In this document: positions 9,255-19,023 of the stretch, one piece after another | Position numbering within the stretch: the stretch's first letter is position 1 | Layout: each line of letters begins with the position of its first letter | NCBI GenBank assembly: GCA_001791325.1 | Contig: MGEK01000003.1 | Location: forward strand, 20,741-74,906 | DNA from: Candidatus Uhrbacteria bacterium RIFCSPLOWO2_01_FULL_47_25 | GTDB lineage: Bacteria; Patescibacteriota; Patescibacteriia; GWA2-46-9 | Length of the DNA: 54,166 nt | Direction of reading: 5' to 3' | Made by a program: the position numbers and the translations under genes | The notes under the pieces: model-generated | Databases searched by the model: none | Told to the model about the DNA's origin: nothing | Seen by the model: the letters and a program-made list of their open reading frames with translations, nothing else

Positions 9255-9472
9255 AAGCTTTTTTAAAAATTGGGCAGGGAGGAATTTTCAAGCCCATGGC
9301 TGATGCACCTCGGGCGGAGGACTTACTCAAGGTGCAGGGTGAACCATGCTTACTCGCCTGCCGGCAGGCGAGTAAGCCAATGCAGTTTGCCCCGCACCCT
9401 CCGCCCAAGGCGGATTGATGCAAGGCCGCCTGCCCGTGCCAATCATTGTGCCCTAGCAAATGTTGCTGTCAA
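9255..9472 (-). ncRNA. candidate structured GC-rich RNA with its own promoter-like element (orphan copy of the tRNA-Leu leader repeat)
   Basis: TTGACA (rc 9467-9472), 16-nt spacer, CACAAT (rc 9445-9450). Downstream are nested GC palindromes, including the perfect 30-nt palindrome gcttactcgcctgcc|ggcaggcgagtaagc. It ends in a T-run near 9262. About 100 nt are homologous to 14625-14725. Confidence 0.35.
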
Positions 9473-9502
9473 CTCCGTTAGTGCATAGGGAAGTCAGAGA
9501 GC

Positions 9503-10672
9503 TTATTGATGATTTTGTGTGGTTTTGCTCCTTGACGATCTAAAGGTTAGCGCAAAAAGAACAATCAAAACAAGGGCGGCAAAACCAATGCCGATCCAAG
9601 GAACCCAAGGATAACGTTCAGTGACCCGACTCTCTTCTTTGTCACAAACATCTCCCAAGCCATCGTCATCTGTGTCTCTTTGATCCCTATTAGGAAGGTT
9701 GGGACAGTTGTCCTTATTGTTCATTATGCTGTCTTGATCAAAGTCATCACAGGTGTCGCCCCGACCGTTGCTATTTATATCCTCTTGATCTGAATTAGCA
9801 ACAGACACGCAATTGTCGCGCAAGTCCGACACTCCGTCCTTGTCCATATCGGCAATAGTATAATTTGGATTGTTTCGGGGGCTAACGTAGGCAATCTGAA
9901 GCACCCCCTCACTAATTGCCAAATTTCCAGCCTCGCCAACGGGAGGCGCGGCTTGCCTATCTGGATCAAAATAAATACGGTAGGTGTGCCCCGGCTGGGC
10001 CAAAAAACGCAGAGTACGAGAACTAGTCTCGGCCGCATTTTCCTGAATTAAACGCAGTTCCGTTACGCGCAATGGTTGTCCGTAAATGAATGTAACCACC
10101 CACCTATTAGAAGTCGTTTGCGGAAAACGAATTGTTTGCTGATCCATCCGGCGATTGGCCAGCACTATCCTCTCTATACCGCTAATAGTCGCGCGAATTT
10201 CAACAGAACTTGGTAAGGCTACATAATTATCGAGCAGGGTCGTAAGAGCGGAGGAAGTAATGGGATAGACGCTTGTTAAAACAATTTGCACTCGCCCTTG
10301 CTCATTCTCTGATAAATCAAACTCTGCGTATGTATTAACATTGTTGTCCACCAGATAATCCGCCACACTCAAGCCGGAGTTGGCACGGACCGATATTGGT
10401 ATCTGATTCACAAACCTTTCCTGCCGAAAGAAATGGGGCTCAAAAGAATTTGTTGTTTTGTCAAGAACGGCGAAATCAAATCGTTCAATAAATTCATCGG
10501 CAAAAGGAACCTCAACAACTGTCGGTACATTGATTGAAAGATTATCAACCTCTTTAAAATACCGATAGGCGTTAATGACATTAAAAATTGAATCCTGTGT
10601 CATTACTTGAGCATTGGCTGTAGCAGCGGAAAAAATAATAATGCCAAGTAGCAAAGATATTCTAAACTTCAT
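9503..10672 (-). CDS. secreted/anchored protein with thrombospondin type-3-like Ca-binding repeats
   Basis: Signal peptide. C-terminal D-rich repeats ([39 protein letters not shown]) followed by a TM anchor. Confidence 0.6.
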   Translation of the reverse strand: MKFRISLLLGIIIFSAATANAQVMTQDSIFNVINAYRYFKEVDNLSINVPTVVEVPFADEFIERFDFAVLDKTTNSFEPHFFRQERFVNQIPISVRANSGLSVADYLVDNNVNTYAEFDLSENEQGRVQIVLTSVYPITSSALTTLLDNYVALPSSVEIRATISGIERIVLANRRMDQQTIRFPQTTSNRWVVTFIYGQPLRVTELRLIQENAAETSSRTLRFLAQPGHTYRIYFDPDRQAAPPVGEAGNLAISEGVLQIAYVSPRNNPNYTIADMDKDGVSDLRDNCVSVANSDQEDINSNGRGDTCDDFDQDSIMNNKDNCPNLPNRDQRDTDDDGLGDVCDKEESRVTERYPWVPWIGIGFAALVLIVLFALTFRSSRSKTTQNHQ

Positions 10673-10674
10673 AT

Positions 10675-12417
10675 TTATTGATTGGAGCTGGGGTGATCAG
10701 CGATTTTTCGCTGGCGCCCAAAAAATGCCGTACTCACGAGCAAGGCGCCGATCATAAAGAAAGTAACAATCTTACCGGCAATTTCCATTTTCCAAACATC
10801 AACCAAGAGCAATCGGCCAACGACAAAGACGAGCAGTACCGCGCCATAAATCTTCAACACTCTTTTCTCGTTGGCTAGACCGTAGAAATAAGTAATCAAT
10901 CCGATGATGGTATAGACGACCAAAGAAAGCATTACCGCTGTATCATCATTTCTCAAAAGAGCATGCAAAGAAAGCCACAGCAACGCATAGAAATATAATG
11001 AACCGACCACTAGAAGCGAAGTATTAACTTGCGAGGCCTCTTTGTCTTTAGCTTCTCTCACGCGAGGAAGGAAAAATAAGCCCAGCCCCTCTAAAGTTAA
11101 CCCCAAAACCAATAAAACAAAAAAGTGTTTATGAAGTACACTGGTCGCCCAGATGGGTGACGTCAGACTGTTAGAAGAAAGTACTATGGAGCCGAGTAAA
11201 AGCAAACTCACCCCTTCGGCCACGTGCACGTCTTTAAGAATAACATAAGCCACCAGAGCAATCATGCCGCTTTCAATAGTATAGGCAATGGTTAAAGCCG
11301 CCCCATTTAATTCGGCGGCCGTGGCCGCAGCCAGCATGGCCACCCCCACGCCGGCATAGACATAAAACGGTTCTCGCCGCTGGGTCAGGCGAAATGTCAA
11401 AAAAGCCCCAGCGGCAAACACAATCATCCAGGCCGAGATAATTAAACTCTTCCATTCATCTGGCGCAGCCGCCATAATCCACGATAGCAGGAAAAGGCCA
11501 TTGCCTCCGGCGGTGATAAGATCAGGAATAATATCGCGGCCTTTTAATTTCAAAATTCCGGCGGTGTTGGTAATGAAAAATATAGCCGTAAAGGCGTAGG
11601 CAAACGGAAGTAACGCACCTAGATCGGCTGAAGTCAAAGAAAAAAGATGCGGCCAGCTATAGACAGCCACAAGAATAAGCGCGGCCGCCGTTAGCTCTCG
11701 CTGACCGGTCAAGGCCACAATCCAAATCGCACCCAAAATAACCACAAACAAATACAAAAACAAACCCACATAGTCGGGGGCGGGCGAGTTTGTAAACAAT
11801 GGCGCGGCGCCAGCCAGAATTAAACTGGCCAAAGACAAAGACTGGCTGTTGTATTTGACGCTAGCCAGAGCCACAAAGGCCGTACTTAAAAACATCACCA
11901 CGAGCGCGCTTAAGGGAGTAAAGAAATCGTAAATTTCACGCGCGGCAAAAATGGTAAGCAAGATGGTGGTTGACCCAAGCACCAAAAAAACTCCTCCTTG
12001 ATTTAGATAATCTTTTATTCGCCAAGAGCCCAGTATTATAAACAAAGCGCCGGCAATAATGCCAAGAGTAATGCGACCCATCGGGCCAATCCAGTTGTTT
12101 AGAAAGGCGTAAGTGGCCAACCATCCAAAGCCAATCAGTAAAAGAAAAGCTCCCAACTTGAGGAGCCAGTCTTCTTTTAACCAAGCAATAAATTTTTCTA
12201 AATCAATTGACCCCGCTTGTATAGGTTGGACTGACGGCTCAAACGCAGCGTTCAGTGGCGGTGAATAAACTGGCCTTGGAACAGCTGAATAATTTGGTTC
12301 GGGCGTTGATTGAGTAGAACCGGACTGCAAAAATTGCTCAAGCCGTTGTACTCTTTGACGAAGATTAAGCACTAATGCCAAAAGCACTATTCCGCCAACA
12401 AAGAGGAGAAAGTACAT
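10675..12417 (-). CDS. large polytopic membrane protein (DUF2339-like)
   Basis: 580 aa. N-terminal TM plus [10 protein letters not shown] coil, then more than 15 TM segments. The family call is from memory of the DUF2339 architecture. Confidence 0.5.
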   Translation of the reverse strand: MYFLLFVGGIVLLALVLNLRQRVQRLEQFLQSGSTQSTPEPNYSAVPRPVYSPPLNAAFEPSVQPIQAGSIDLEKFIAWLKEDWLLKLGAFLLLIGFGWLATYAFLNNWIGPMGRITLGIIAGALFIILGSWRIKDYLNQGGVFLVLGSTTILLTIFAAREIYDFFTPLSALVVMFLSTAFVALASVKYNSQSLSLASLILAGAAPLFTNSPAPDYVGLFLYLFVVILGAIWIVALTGQRELTAAALILVAVYSWPHLFSLTSADLGALLPFAYAFTAIFFITNTAGILKLKGRDIIPDLITAGGNGLFLLSWIMAAAPDEWKSLIISAWMIVFAAGAFLTFRLTQRREPFYVYAGVGVAMLAAATAAELNGAALTIAYTIESGMIALVAYVILKDVHVAEGVSLLLLGSIVLSSNSLTSPIWATSVLHKHFFVLLVLGLTLEGLGLFFLPRVREAKDKEASQVNTSLLVVGSLYFYALLWLSLHALLRNDDTAVMLSLVVYTIIGLITYFYGLANEKRVLKIYGAVLLVFVVGRLLLVDVWKMEIAGKIVTFFMIGALLVSTAFFGRQRKIADHPSSNQ

Positions 12418-12425
12418 ATACTCGC

Positions 12426-12431
12426 ATTATA
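12426..12431 (-). promoter_or_regulatory. extended -10 (TGcTATAAT) 8 nt upstream of the ATG at 12417
   Basis: The minus strand reads gtgTGcTATAATgcgagtatATG. No SD, so a leaderless or near-leaderless transcript is possible. Confidence 0.4.
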
Positions 12432-12538
12432 GCACACCTGCTTATTAAATCACTGTCGGCTGTGGTTGTAAAAAATGGATTCCTTAGTCCTTGCAAACCC
12501 CTCTTGGTTGATGGGAGTGCAATAATCGGAAGTAAATG

Positions 12539-12960
12539 CCGAGGGAGGGACTTGGCCGCCGCCATCCGGCGTGGTCCCGCCTACCTCTAGGTTTGAAATT
12601 TTGTGGGCGGGAAACCCTTAAGCTCTTGCGAGCGCCCCGCTCGGCGGGGTTTGCTTTTGCCTCCGAGAGGATTCGAACCTCTAACCCTTTCGGGACGTGG
12701 TCCTAGGCCACGCGCGCCCGCCTGCCATAAGCCTGTGTGCAGTATTCTTAAATTAGTCCGAACCCACCTTCGCTAAAGCTACGGACGGGCAGGCGCATTT
12801 CGCCCTTCGACAAGCTCGGGGCGAGGAAAACCCCCCGCGAAAAAATTCAGAAGTTGCGGCAGAGCCGCACCGTTGACAACCTGCCCGAATGAATTCGTTC
12901 AGGCGGGTTTCAAGTTTTTCTCTGCCCAGTACCGAATTCATTCTGGTGCGGGGTTTGATG
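12539..12960. repeat. direct repeat L (expanded copy) flanking the low-GC gene
   Basis: The 12539-12662 core is about 88% identical by eye to 13505-13626. Further blocks (attcttaaa.tag.tcgaac, gcatttcgcc, ggcgaggaa, cgcgaaaa, tttcaagttt) are colinear with 13640-13740 but interrupted by extra insertions. Confidence 0.75.
12661..12712 (-). pseudogene. tRNA-Leu(TAG)-like fragment (anticodon arm, long variable arm, T arm, 3' acceptor) embedded in repeat L
   Basis: The minus strand reads cgtgg-ccTAGga-ccacg tcccgaaaggg tt agagg-ttcgaat-cctct cggagg. No D arm or 5' acceptor is present. It is absent from repeat R. Confidence 0.55.
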
Positions 12961-12967
12961 GCAAATT

Positions 12968-13414
12968 CTAAAAAATTTTAATCTGGTAAAAATAAAGCCC
13001 CAATAGCAAAATGGTAAAAATTATTTCTGGTTTTGAAAATATTGGCAGGAATCCTCTAATCTTTTTCTTAAATGGATACAAATATTGTTTTTCATCTATA
13101 TCAGGCCAATCAAGAACAAGATGAATGAGATATGCTACAAAATAATAAAGAGCTGCTTCCTTGCTTATGAACAATACTGGAATACTGGTAATAACTGCTC
13201 CAAAGATGGAATGCATGTATTTTGTCTTAGAACGAATCCCATATTTATCCTCAAATCTAATAGCCTCAATAAGTTTGCCCCAAGAAAAAATTTTGTGTTG
13301 ATATAAAACAAATAAATGATCTATATCTGAAATTGCAGAACCAATAAACCAAAACCAAGAGAATTCCGAATTATTTATCGGCATTGCTCCTACTATGAAG
13401 TGGGCTAGAATCAT
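12968..13414 (-). CDS. small membrane protein, possibly membrane-bound metal-dependent hydrolase (DUF457/YdjM-like)
   Basis: 148 aa and very AT-rich (about 30% GC by eye). His/Asp motifs SDIDHL, HSIFG, HLVLDW. The family call is weak. Confidence 0.4.
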   Translation of the reverse strand: MILAHFIVGAMPINNSEFSWFWFIGSAISDIDHLFVLYQHKIFSWGKLIEAIRFEDKYGIRSKTKYMHSIFGAVITSIPVLFISKEAALYYFVAYLIHLVLDWPDIDEKQYLYPFKKKIRGFLPIFSKPEIIFTILLLGLYFYQIKIF

Positions 13415-13504
13415 AAACTAGTATTCATGTCTGAAACAATAAGAATTAAAAATTTTTTTCCCCCAAATTATTTGGTTCGCGTGAAGTGTATAATAACAAA
13501 TGTA

Positions 13505-13745
13505 CCGAGGGAGGGATTTGCCACCGCCATCCGGAGGGGTCCCGCCTGCCTCTAGGTTTGAAATTTTGTGGACGGGAAACCCTCAAGCTCTTGCGAGCGC
13601 CCCGCTCGGCGGGGTATGCTCTTGCCTAAACCCTTGCCCCATTCTTAAAATAGTTCGAACGCATTTCGCCGCCTGCGGCGGCGAGGAAGCCCCTCGCGAA
13701 AATGAGCGGCTTCGCCGCGAACCGGACAATTTCAAGTTTGAATGA
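13505..13745. repeat. direct repeat R (compact copy)
   Basis: See repeat L. It contains the hairpins tcccgcc...ggcggga and ccccgc-tcg-gcgggg. Confidence 0.75.
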
Positions 13746-13765
13746 TTTCAGCATAAATCATTCCA

Positions 13766-13801
13766 GTAAATTTTTCAATCATTTTTCATTGAAAAATTTA
13801 C
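13766..13801. other. perfect 14-bp AT-rich hairpin
   Basis: gtaaatttttcaat-catttttc-attgaaaaatttac. Confidence 0.6.
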
Positions 13802-13854
13802 TACTTTGGCGGCAAATTCTTTTATGAAAATTCTTAAATCAAAATTAAAAAGAA

Positions 13855-13886
13855 AAGAGCCGAATCGCGTGAGCAAGACGGCTCTT
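13855..13886 (-). terminator. rho-independent terminator of the 13914-14273 gene
   Basis: The minus strand has stem aagagccg/cggctctt followed by ttcttttt. Confidence 0.55.
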
Positions 13887-13913
13887 GTGGATTGGCCCCA
13901 GCAACGCGAGTTG

Positions 13914-14273
13914 CTAGGACGGTGGAGAGACGACGGCGGGCTGCTGCGATCTTCGTCGGGCCCGTATTGGAAGCACCACGAATTGCCAGAGCAGGCTGGT
14001 CAACAACAGAGCCAGCGGAAACGCCAGCAAGTACGCTCGGAGATCGTGCGAGGAATACGTCTCCGTATCCTCTCGTTGTCTCTTGACCGCATGGTTGTAC
14101 TCTTCAGCCAGCGCGGGAGCGGCATGTTCGAGGTTCTTCCACGCCTGATCCACTTCGGCTTGGGTCTTGTTGATCTCGGGAGCAACCGATCTGATCTCCT
14201 TCACGCTCGAGATGAAGAAGAAAAGACAGACAGCAAGTCCTACGACTCTCAAGATAATCCATGTCTTTTTCAA
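13914..14273 (-). CDS. hypothetical membrane protein (GC-rich islet)
   Basis: TTG start preceded by AGGAGG (gaaaggaggtgctccTTG). N-terminal and C-terminal TM segments. GC-rich. Confidence 0.5.
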   Translation of the reverse strand: MKKTWIILRVVGLAVCLFFFISSVKEIRSVAPEINKTQAEVDQAWKNLEHAAPALAEEYNHAVKRQREDTETYSSHDLRAYLLAFPLALLLTSLLWQFVVLPIRARRRSQQPAVVSPPS

Positions 14274-14535
14274 GGAGCACCTCCTTTCGGGGTTTGGTTT
14301 TGCCGCAACACCCGCGGCGGGGACTACCGGTTATTCATAATTCCGATAATGCTGGAGGATAGCATTTTGGACCACGAAAGTCAAGAGGCGGCAAGCGCCG
14401 CCTCTTGGGAGTGTTTGAAAAATTTTTCTTTTCTGCTTTTAACGGAATCGGGAATTTCTTTTTGCCCCGAAAACTCCGTACGATTTGGTCGCCGAGCGGC
14501 GCGTTTCGCGCCGCGAGGCATTGACTTTTCCTACG

Positions 14536-14620
14536 TGGTGCCGGAGGAGAGATTTGAACTCTCAAGCCTTTCGGCATACGGTCCTAAACCGTACGTGTAT
14601 ACCAATTTCACCACTCCGGC
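14536..14620 (-). tRNA. tRNA-Leu (anticodon TAG), class II, CCA encoded
   Basis: Manual fold: acceptor gccggag/ctccggc, anticodon arm tacgg-ttTAGga-ccgta, long variable arm tgccgaaaggc, T arm gagag-ttcaaat-ctctc, then A-CCA. Confidence 0.85.
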
Positions 14621-14624
14621 GTAA

Positions 14625-14740
14625 GGCACATGGCGGGCAGGTATGCCAATGGAGTTTACCCCATATCATCCGCCCGAGGCGGATTGGTGCGGGGGCACCT
14701 GCCCATGCCCTCATTTTGCCCTAGTCAATACTATTGTCAA
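14625..14740 (-). promoter_or_regulatory. promoter-like element plus ~85-nt GC-rich structured leader of tRNA-Leu
   Basis: TTGACA (rc 14735-14740), 16-nt spacer, CAAAAT (rc 14713-14718). The leader is homologous to 9370-9470. Confidence 0.45.
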
Positions 14741-15082
14741 TCTTTTACGGCTAACGCTGTGAGAGATGTTTAAAATTTGGCACATCGTAGAAATTATATG
14801 ACACAATAAATTTTTTATAGTAAACGAGGCCCAAATCTGCTGAATGCAGACGGGCCTCGTGTGGTGAAGCGTCAGGGTATGACGCCGATGCGGGTGGTCG
14901 CTATCCTGTTGCTCGCCGAGCTCATCTTCCATGGCCTGAATGACCTCTTCGAGTCGCACGATGTAGGCGAAACACTCGCCCCGTCGCCGCAAGTAAGCGG
15001 CCTCGGCACGGCACTCGGAAATGAGGCGACGCAACGTTCCGCGGCTTGCCCGACCGATCACCAACGTCCTCATGGTAGTCAT
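14711..15082 (-). CDS. hypothetical small protein (GC-rich islet)
   Basis: ORF 14711..15160 trimmed to the ATG at 15082, which is preceded by AAGGAGGG (gagaaaggagggtttcATG). The 3' third runs into AT-rich sequence, so the true end is uncertain. Confidence 0.4.
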   Translation of the reverse strand: MTTMRTLVIGRASRGTLRRLISECRAEAAYLRRRGECFAYIVRLEEVIQAMEDELGEQQDSDHPHRRHTLTLHHTRPVCIQQIWASFTIKNLLCHIISTMCQILNISHSVSRKRLTIVLTRAK

Positions 15083-15306
15083 GAAACCCTCCTTTCTCAC
15101 GCATTGTGAAGCGCGGTGATTATCTATAGAATATATAACCCCACAATGGATGTCAATCACTTCGGTTGTTTCTCAGAGGAGCAAGACATTGCTTGGATGA
15201 TGCTGTTCCTCCAGAAATCGTCACAACGCCCTTGGCTGCGCTGTATCACCCGTCCTTAACACATATTTATTCAAAGTGATATAATATACAGAATACGGAG
15301 TAAAAT

Positions 15307-15747
15307 ATGACTTCTTTTGGCAATCAGCTACATCTTTGGGCTCGTACCCATTTATTGTTGGGTAAATTTACTCGCTTTGTTTTTTACGCTTCACTTGTCC
15401 TGCTTGGCTGGTACTATATAGACAGTGCCGATGCTCTCGGTACAGAAATGGAAAATATTAAACTTGGACAAATATTCAACGTCCTCATCGGCCTTGGCAT
15501 CATTATTATTGCGCTCTTCGCGTTCTTCCATTTCCCGGAAGAAGCTAACCCGCTGGCCGAATACGGCATCTATCGCACCGTCTGGGGCAACTTAGGTATT
15601 TTTATCATTATCATTTGCGCTCTTATATATGGATGGTTATTTTTCTACAACCATTTTGATCGTCCATTTTTTGAAAGAATCATTTTGCTTTATAACGAAC
15701 AATCAACAAGAGGAGAGCGATTACTAAATTACTTTTTCAAAAAATAA
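15307..15747 (+). CDS. hypothetical membrane protein (4 TM)
   Basis: 146 aa. GGAG lies 8 nt upstream of the ATG. Confidence 0.55.
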   Translation: MTSFGNQLHLWARTHLLLGKFTRFVFYASLVLLGWYYIDSADALGTEMENIKLGQIFNVLIGLGIIIIALFAFFHFPEEANPLAEYGIYRTVWGNLGIFIIIICALIYGWLFFYNHFDRPFFERIILLYNEQSTRGERLLNYFFKK

Positions 15748-15748
15748 A

Positions 15749-15846
15749 TCCCGTTAGAAATAATACTCAATCGCTCTGCGGCGTGTTTTACCGCTCGAGA
15801 CCATTCACGAGGGGATCGCAATATCCCGTGGAAATTTCTAACGAGA
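15749..15846. mobile_element. TIR miniature element copy 5 (degenerate arms)
   Basis: Arms tcccgttagaaat (15749-15761) and atttctaacgaga (15834-15846). Exact TAAA duplication at 15745-15748 and 15847-15850. The left TSD contains the TAA stop of the upstream gene. Confidence 0.65.
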
Positions 15847-15918
15847 TAAACAAGAAACACCAAATCGATCAATGTATCTTATTTAATAATCTATTAACTA
15901 TTTACTAACTCAAGCACT

Positions 15919-18900
15919 ATGGATCAATACCAGAATAAAAGTTTGTCATTCGTATTGTGGCCGGCTATCATCGTCGGATTTTTTATTGCCCTGCCCGCGC
16001 TCGCCGCGCCTGACCATATTGTTATTAGCGAAGTTCAAATTGGCGGAGTGACGGCCACGGACGAATTTGTTGAATTATTTAACCCTACTTCATCACTTGT
16101 CAACCTCACGGGTTGGCGCCTGTCAAAACGCACGGCCAGCGGAAACCAGACTAATCTATTAACGGTGTTCCCCGATATCAATTTGCCCGCTCAAGGGCAC
16201 TTTCTCATCACCCACCCCACTGGCTACACGAATACAATAACTAATGACGCCCAGTATTCTACGGCAGAGTCGCTGGCCGCCAACAATACCATTGTTCTGT
16301 TTTCTGATGCTGGAAATACACTCGTGGACTTGATTGGCATAGGAACAGCGAGCTCATTTGAAGGAGCCACCGCGCCTAATCCGCCAAACGGCCAGAGCAT
16401 TGAACGCCAGACCGGAAGTGATGGCATTATTGATAGCGACAACAACATGAATGATTTTGTTCTAACTGCCTTGCCGACGCCACTAAATTTGACAAGCCAG
16501 CCGTCTCCCGAATCAACACCACCTCCTGAAGAGCCTACAACGTCGCCCGCACCGAACGACACCACTACTCCGCGCCCGCCAGCCCCACTTAGCGGAGGTG
16601 GCTCTGCCGGGCCTCTCTCTATCTTGCCGGGCGATATTTTAATCAATGAATTTGTGGCTGATCCGACCGATGAAGATGAAGAATGGATTGAACTCATAAA
16701 TCGCACGGGGCGCGACATTGATCTAACTGGCTGGATAATTGAAGAAGGGGGAGAGCGCCAAACTATTCTTAGCGGCGCTGTCGCTGGCACTGTGCCGAAC
16801 AATTTTTTCGTCGTTATGAAGCCAAAGGGCAATCTCAATAACGCCGGCGACCACATCGCTCTAAAAACCCAAAACGGACAAATTATTGATGAGTTAAGTT
16901 ATGGCAACTGGGCTGACGGGAATCTCGCCGACAATGCGCCGGCAGCTAGCGATCCAATGTCGGTCGCAAGAACGATTGACGGTCTCTACACAGGCAACGA
17001 GGCGATTGATTTCACTGCCACCCTTACGCCCACGCGAGGATTGTCAAATATTGTCACCGCCACTGGATCAACCGCCGTGTCCGGACCAGCCACCCTGCGT
17101 CTCTCGGAACTTTTGCCAAATCCAACCGGCACCGACACAAATGAATTTATTGAAGTAACCAATATCGGCACTGCCGAGGTCAACATTGTCGGCTGGCGCG
17201 TGGCTGACGCCAGCGGCAACGATTATACAGTACGCGACAATGATTTTACAAATCCCATTATCCTGCCTGGCGCTTATATTTCTCTGTCACGTACCTTGAC
17301 GGGCATTGCTCTCAATAACACGGGCGGAGAAACGGTTCGTCTTTTTCCGCCCAATAATTCCTCACCAGTGCATGAGGTAAGCTACCGCGATAGCGCGCCA
17401 GAAGGCGCGAGCTGGGCGAGTACGACAGATCAATGGAGCTGGACAACTACCCCAACACCGGGAACGGCCAACATCTTAACTATCATCAATCGTCCACCAA
17501 TTATTTCCATAGATTTGCCGACAGACGGACTCACGAACGATAAATTGTTATTCAGCGCCGAAGACTCAACTGATCCTGATGGTGACGCTTTAACCTTCCA
17601 GTGGACTTTTGGCGATGGAGAGAGCGCCGGGGGCGAAACCGTATCTCATGCTTATGCTAAAGCCGGCCGCTATCGAGTTAAACTAGTTGTTAATGATGAA
17701 CACAATGGCAAAGACAGCATGGAACGTACTGTAATTATTGAATCAGCAACAGAGCCAGGGCCGCAAGTTCTTGGCCTTAGCGCTGTTTCCGGCACAGCAG
17801 AAATCATCTTAAATGAAATTTTTCCCGCGCCGCAAAAAGGGGAAGAAGAATGGATTGAATTATTTAATACAGGCGCCGAGTCAATGTCTCTGACGGGCTG
17901 GTCAATCCAAGATGCCAGTGGCCGAAATTATATGATGCCCCAAGGTTTAACCATTTTGCCCAATGGCTATCTGGTTCTTAAAAAATCTCAAACTCGTCTG
18001 GCTCTAAATAATACCGGTGACGATGTCGTGCTGTTAAATGCCGCTGGCGAAATTGCCGACGAAACGTCTTACCCGACAGCCAAAATAGGAAGAAGCTGGG
18101 CGAGGGACGAAAATGATGAATGGAATTGGACGAACGCCCCCACTCCGCTGGCAGATAATATTTTTAGCGCGGAGGAAAACAATGTTGAAACCGAAACAAC
18201 GGCTGCCGCAAAAACAAAACAAGCTCCAGGTGGTCTCATAACAATCAGTGGTATAGTCACGGCCGCGCCGGGCATGATTGGCGAGCGCGTGGTTTACCTG
18301 GGGGGGATTAAAGTGGCCGGTGTGGTGCAAAATTTGAGAGTTGATCTGGCCGTTGGACAAACTGTTCCTGATATCAACATGAACGATGAGGCTCAAGTAA
18401 CCGGCAAAATCCGCCAAGTGCAGGGAGAACAAAGAATGAGTGTGGCAGACAACAATGACGTGGTGGTTTTGAATAAAAATAATCAAATGATTGAGCCAAC
18501 GGCCCTTGAAGCTACTGATTTGGAAAATAATTTGGGACAACTGGTTGTGGCCGACGGAACCGTCAGTAAAAAAACAAGCGGTGGATTTGTGATGGAGCTT
18601 ATAGACGGAGAAACGATACGCGTCATTATTCCGCCGGCGCTTAAAAGCAAATTAGCATATCCTGTTAACGCGGAAGTGACGACCATCGGCATTCTTAGCC
18701 ACACCAATGCTGGCTTTCGGCTACTGCTTAGAACCGAAAAAGACCTTGTCGTAAATGCATCGGCTATTGTAGAAGAGGCCGCTCCGGCAGATGCCCCTAC
18801 TCCCGTTTTGTCGTCATATCTAACAGTAACGATTTTTGGTTCATTGATATTGGCTGGCGCCCTGTTTTATCTTTATTGGCAAAAACGAGACAAGACGTCT

Positions 18901-18942
18901 CTAGTTATGGTAGAAGGCATAGATGAGGAAGAGATGGTATAA
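15919..18942 (+). CDS. large surface protein with four lamin-tail (LTD) domains, one PKD domain and a C-terminal TM anchor
   Basis: Repeated I.(I/L)(S/N)E......(D/E)E(F/W)IEL.N......L.GW motif four times. PKD motif FQWTFGDGE...HAY...G.Y.V.L.V.D. Signal peptide, Pro/Thr linker and C-terminal hydrophobic anchor. Confidence 0.8.
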   Translation: MDQYQNKSLSFVLWPAIIVGFFIALPALAAPDHIVISEVQIGGVTATDEFVELFNPTSSLVNLTGWRLSKRTASGNQTNLLTVFPDINLPAQGHFLITHPTGYTNTITNDAQYSTAESLAANNTIVLFSDAGNTLVDLIGIGTASSFEGATAPNPPNGQSIERQTGSDGIIDSDNNMNDFVLTALPTPLNLTSQPSPESTPPPEEPTTSPAPNDTTTPRPPAPLSGGGSAGPLSILPGDILINEFVADPTDEDEEWIELINRTGRDIDLTGWIIEEGGERQTILSGAVAGTVPNNFFVVMKPKGNLNNAGDHIALKTQNGQIIDELSYGNWADGNLADNAPAASDPMSVARTIDGLYTGNEAIDFTATLTPTRGLSNIVTATGSTAVSGPATLRLSELLPNPTGTDTNEFIEVTNIGTAEVNIVGWRVADASGNDYTVRDNDFTNPIILPGAYISLSRTLTGIALNNTGGETVRLFPPNNSSPVHEVSYRDSAPEGASWASTTDQWSWTTTPTPGTANILTIINRPPIISIDLPTDGLTNDKLLFSAEDSTDPDGDALTFQWTFGDGESAGGETVSHAYAKAGRYRVKLVVNDEHNGKDSMERTVIIESATEPGPQVLGLSAVSGTAEIILNEIFPAPQKGEEEWIELFNTGAESMSLTGWSIQDASGRNYMMPQGLTILPNGYLVLKKSQTRLALNNTGDDVVLLNAAGEIADETSYPTAKIGRSWARDENDEWNWTNAPTPLADNIFSAEENNVETETTAAAKTKQAPGGLITISGIVTAAPGMIGERVVYLGGIKVAGVVQNLRVDLAVGQTVPDINMNDEAQVTGKIRQVQGEQRMSVADNNDVVVLNKNNQMIEPTALEATDLENNLGQLVVADGTVSKKTSGGFVMELIDGETIRVIIPPALKSKLAYPVNAEVTTIGILSHTNAGFRLLLRTEKDLVVNASAIVEEAAPADAPTPVLSSYLTVTIFGSLILAGALFYLYWQKRDKTSLVMVEGIDEEEMV

Positions 18943-19023
18943 ATAAAAGCCGTAGGCTGTAGGCTGTAATGGGTACAAAACATGCGATGTGCAACATAAA
19001 CAAATTATTGGTATAATTACGCT

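Noticed and set aside
12539-13745. tmRNA, RNase P RNA, SRP RNA or 6S RNA hidden in the GC-rich repeats
   Set aside because: I could not find the diagnostic motifs: the tmRNA GGGGCUGA 5' end with a matching acceptor, the RNase P GGAAAGUCC and ACAGAA blocks, or the SRP GGAA/AGCA helix-8 loop. A covariance-model scan is still needed.
13806-14624. 272-aa plus-strand ORF, the longest ORF in the 13.8-14.6 kb region
   Set aside because: It runs through hairpin repeats and the tRNA-Leu gene and has low-complexity Arg/Gly-rich translation. It overlaps a better-supported minus-strand gene (13914-14273) that has an SD and a terminator. It is most likely a by-product of GC-rich sequence.
18952-18968. 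Short tandem heptamer repeats near gene ends (gtaggct x2.5 here; tagagatt-like x3 at 40586-40608; agcttat/ggcttat repeats at 42038-42080; tgac(c/t)tt at 4063-4083)
   Set aside because: Each is only 2-3 units long. I cannot distinguish a functional signal from slippage in AT-rich spacers. They are recorded here for completeness only.
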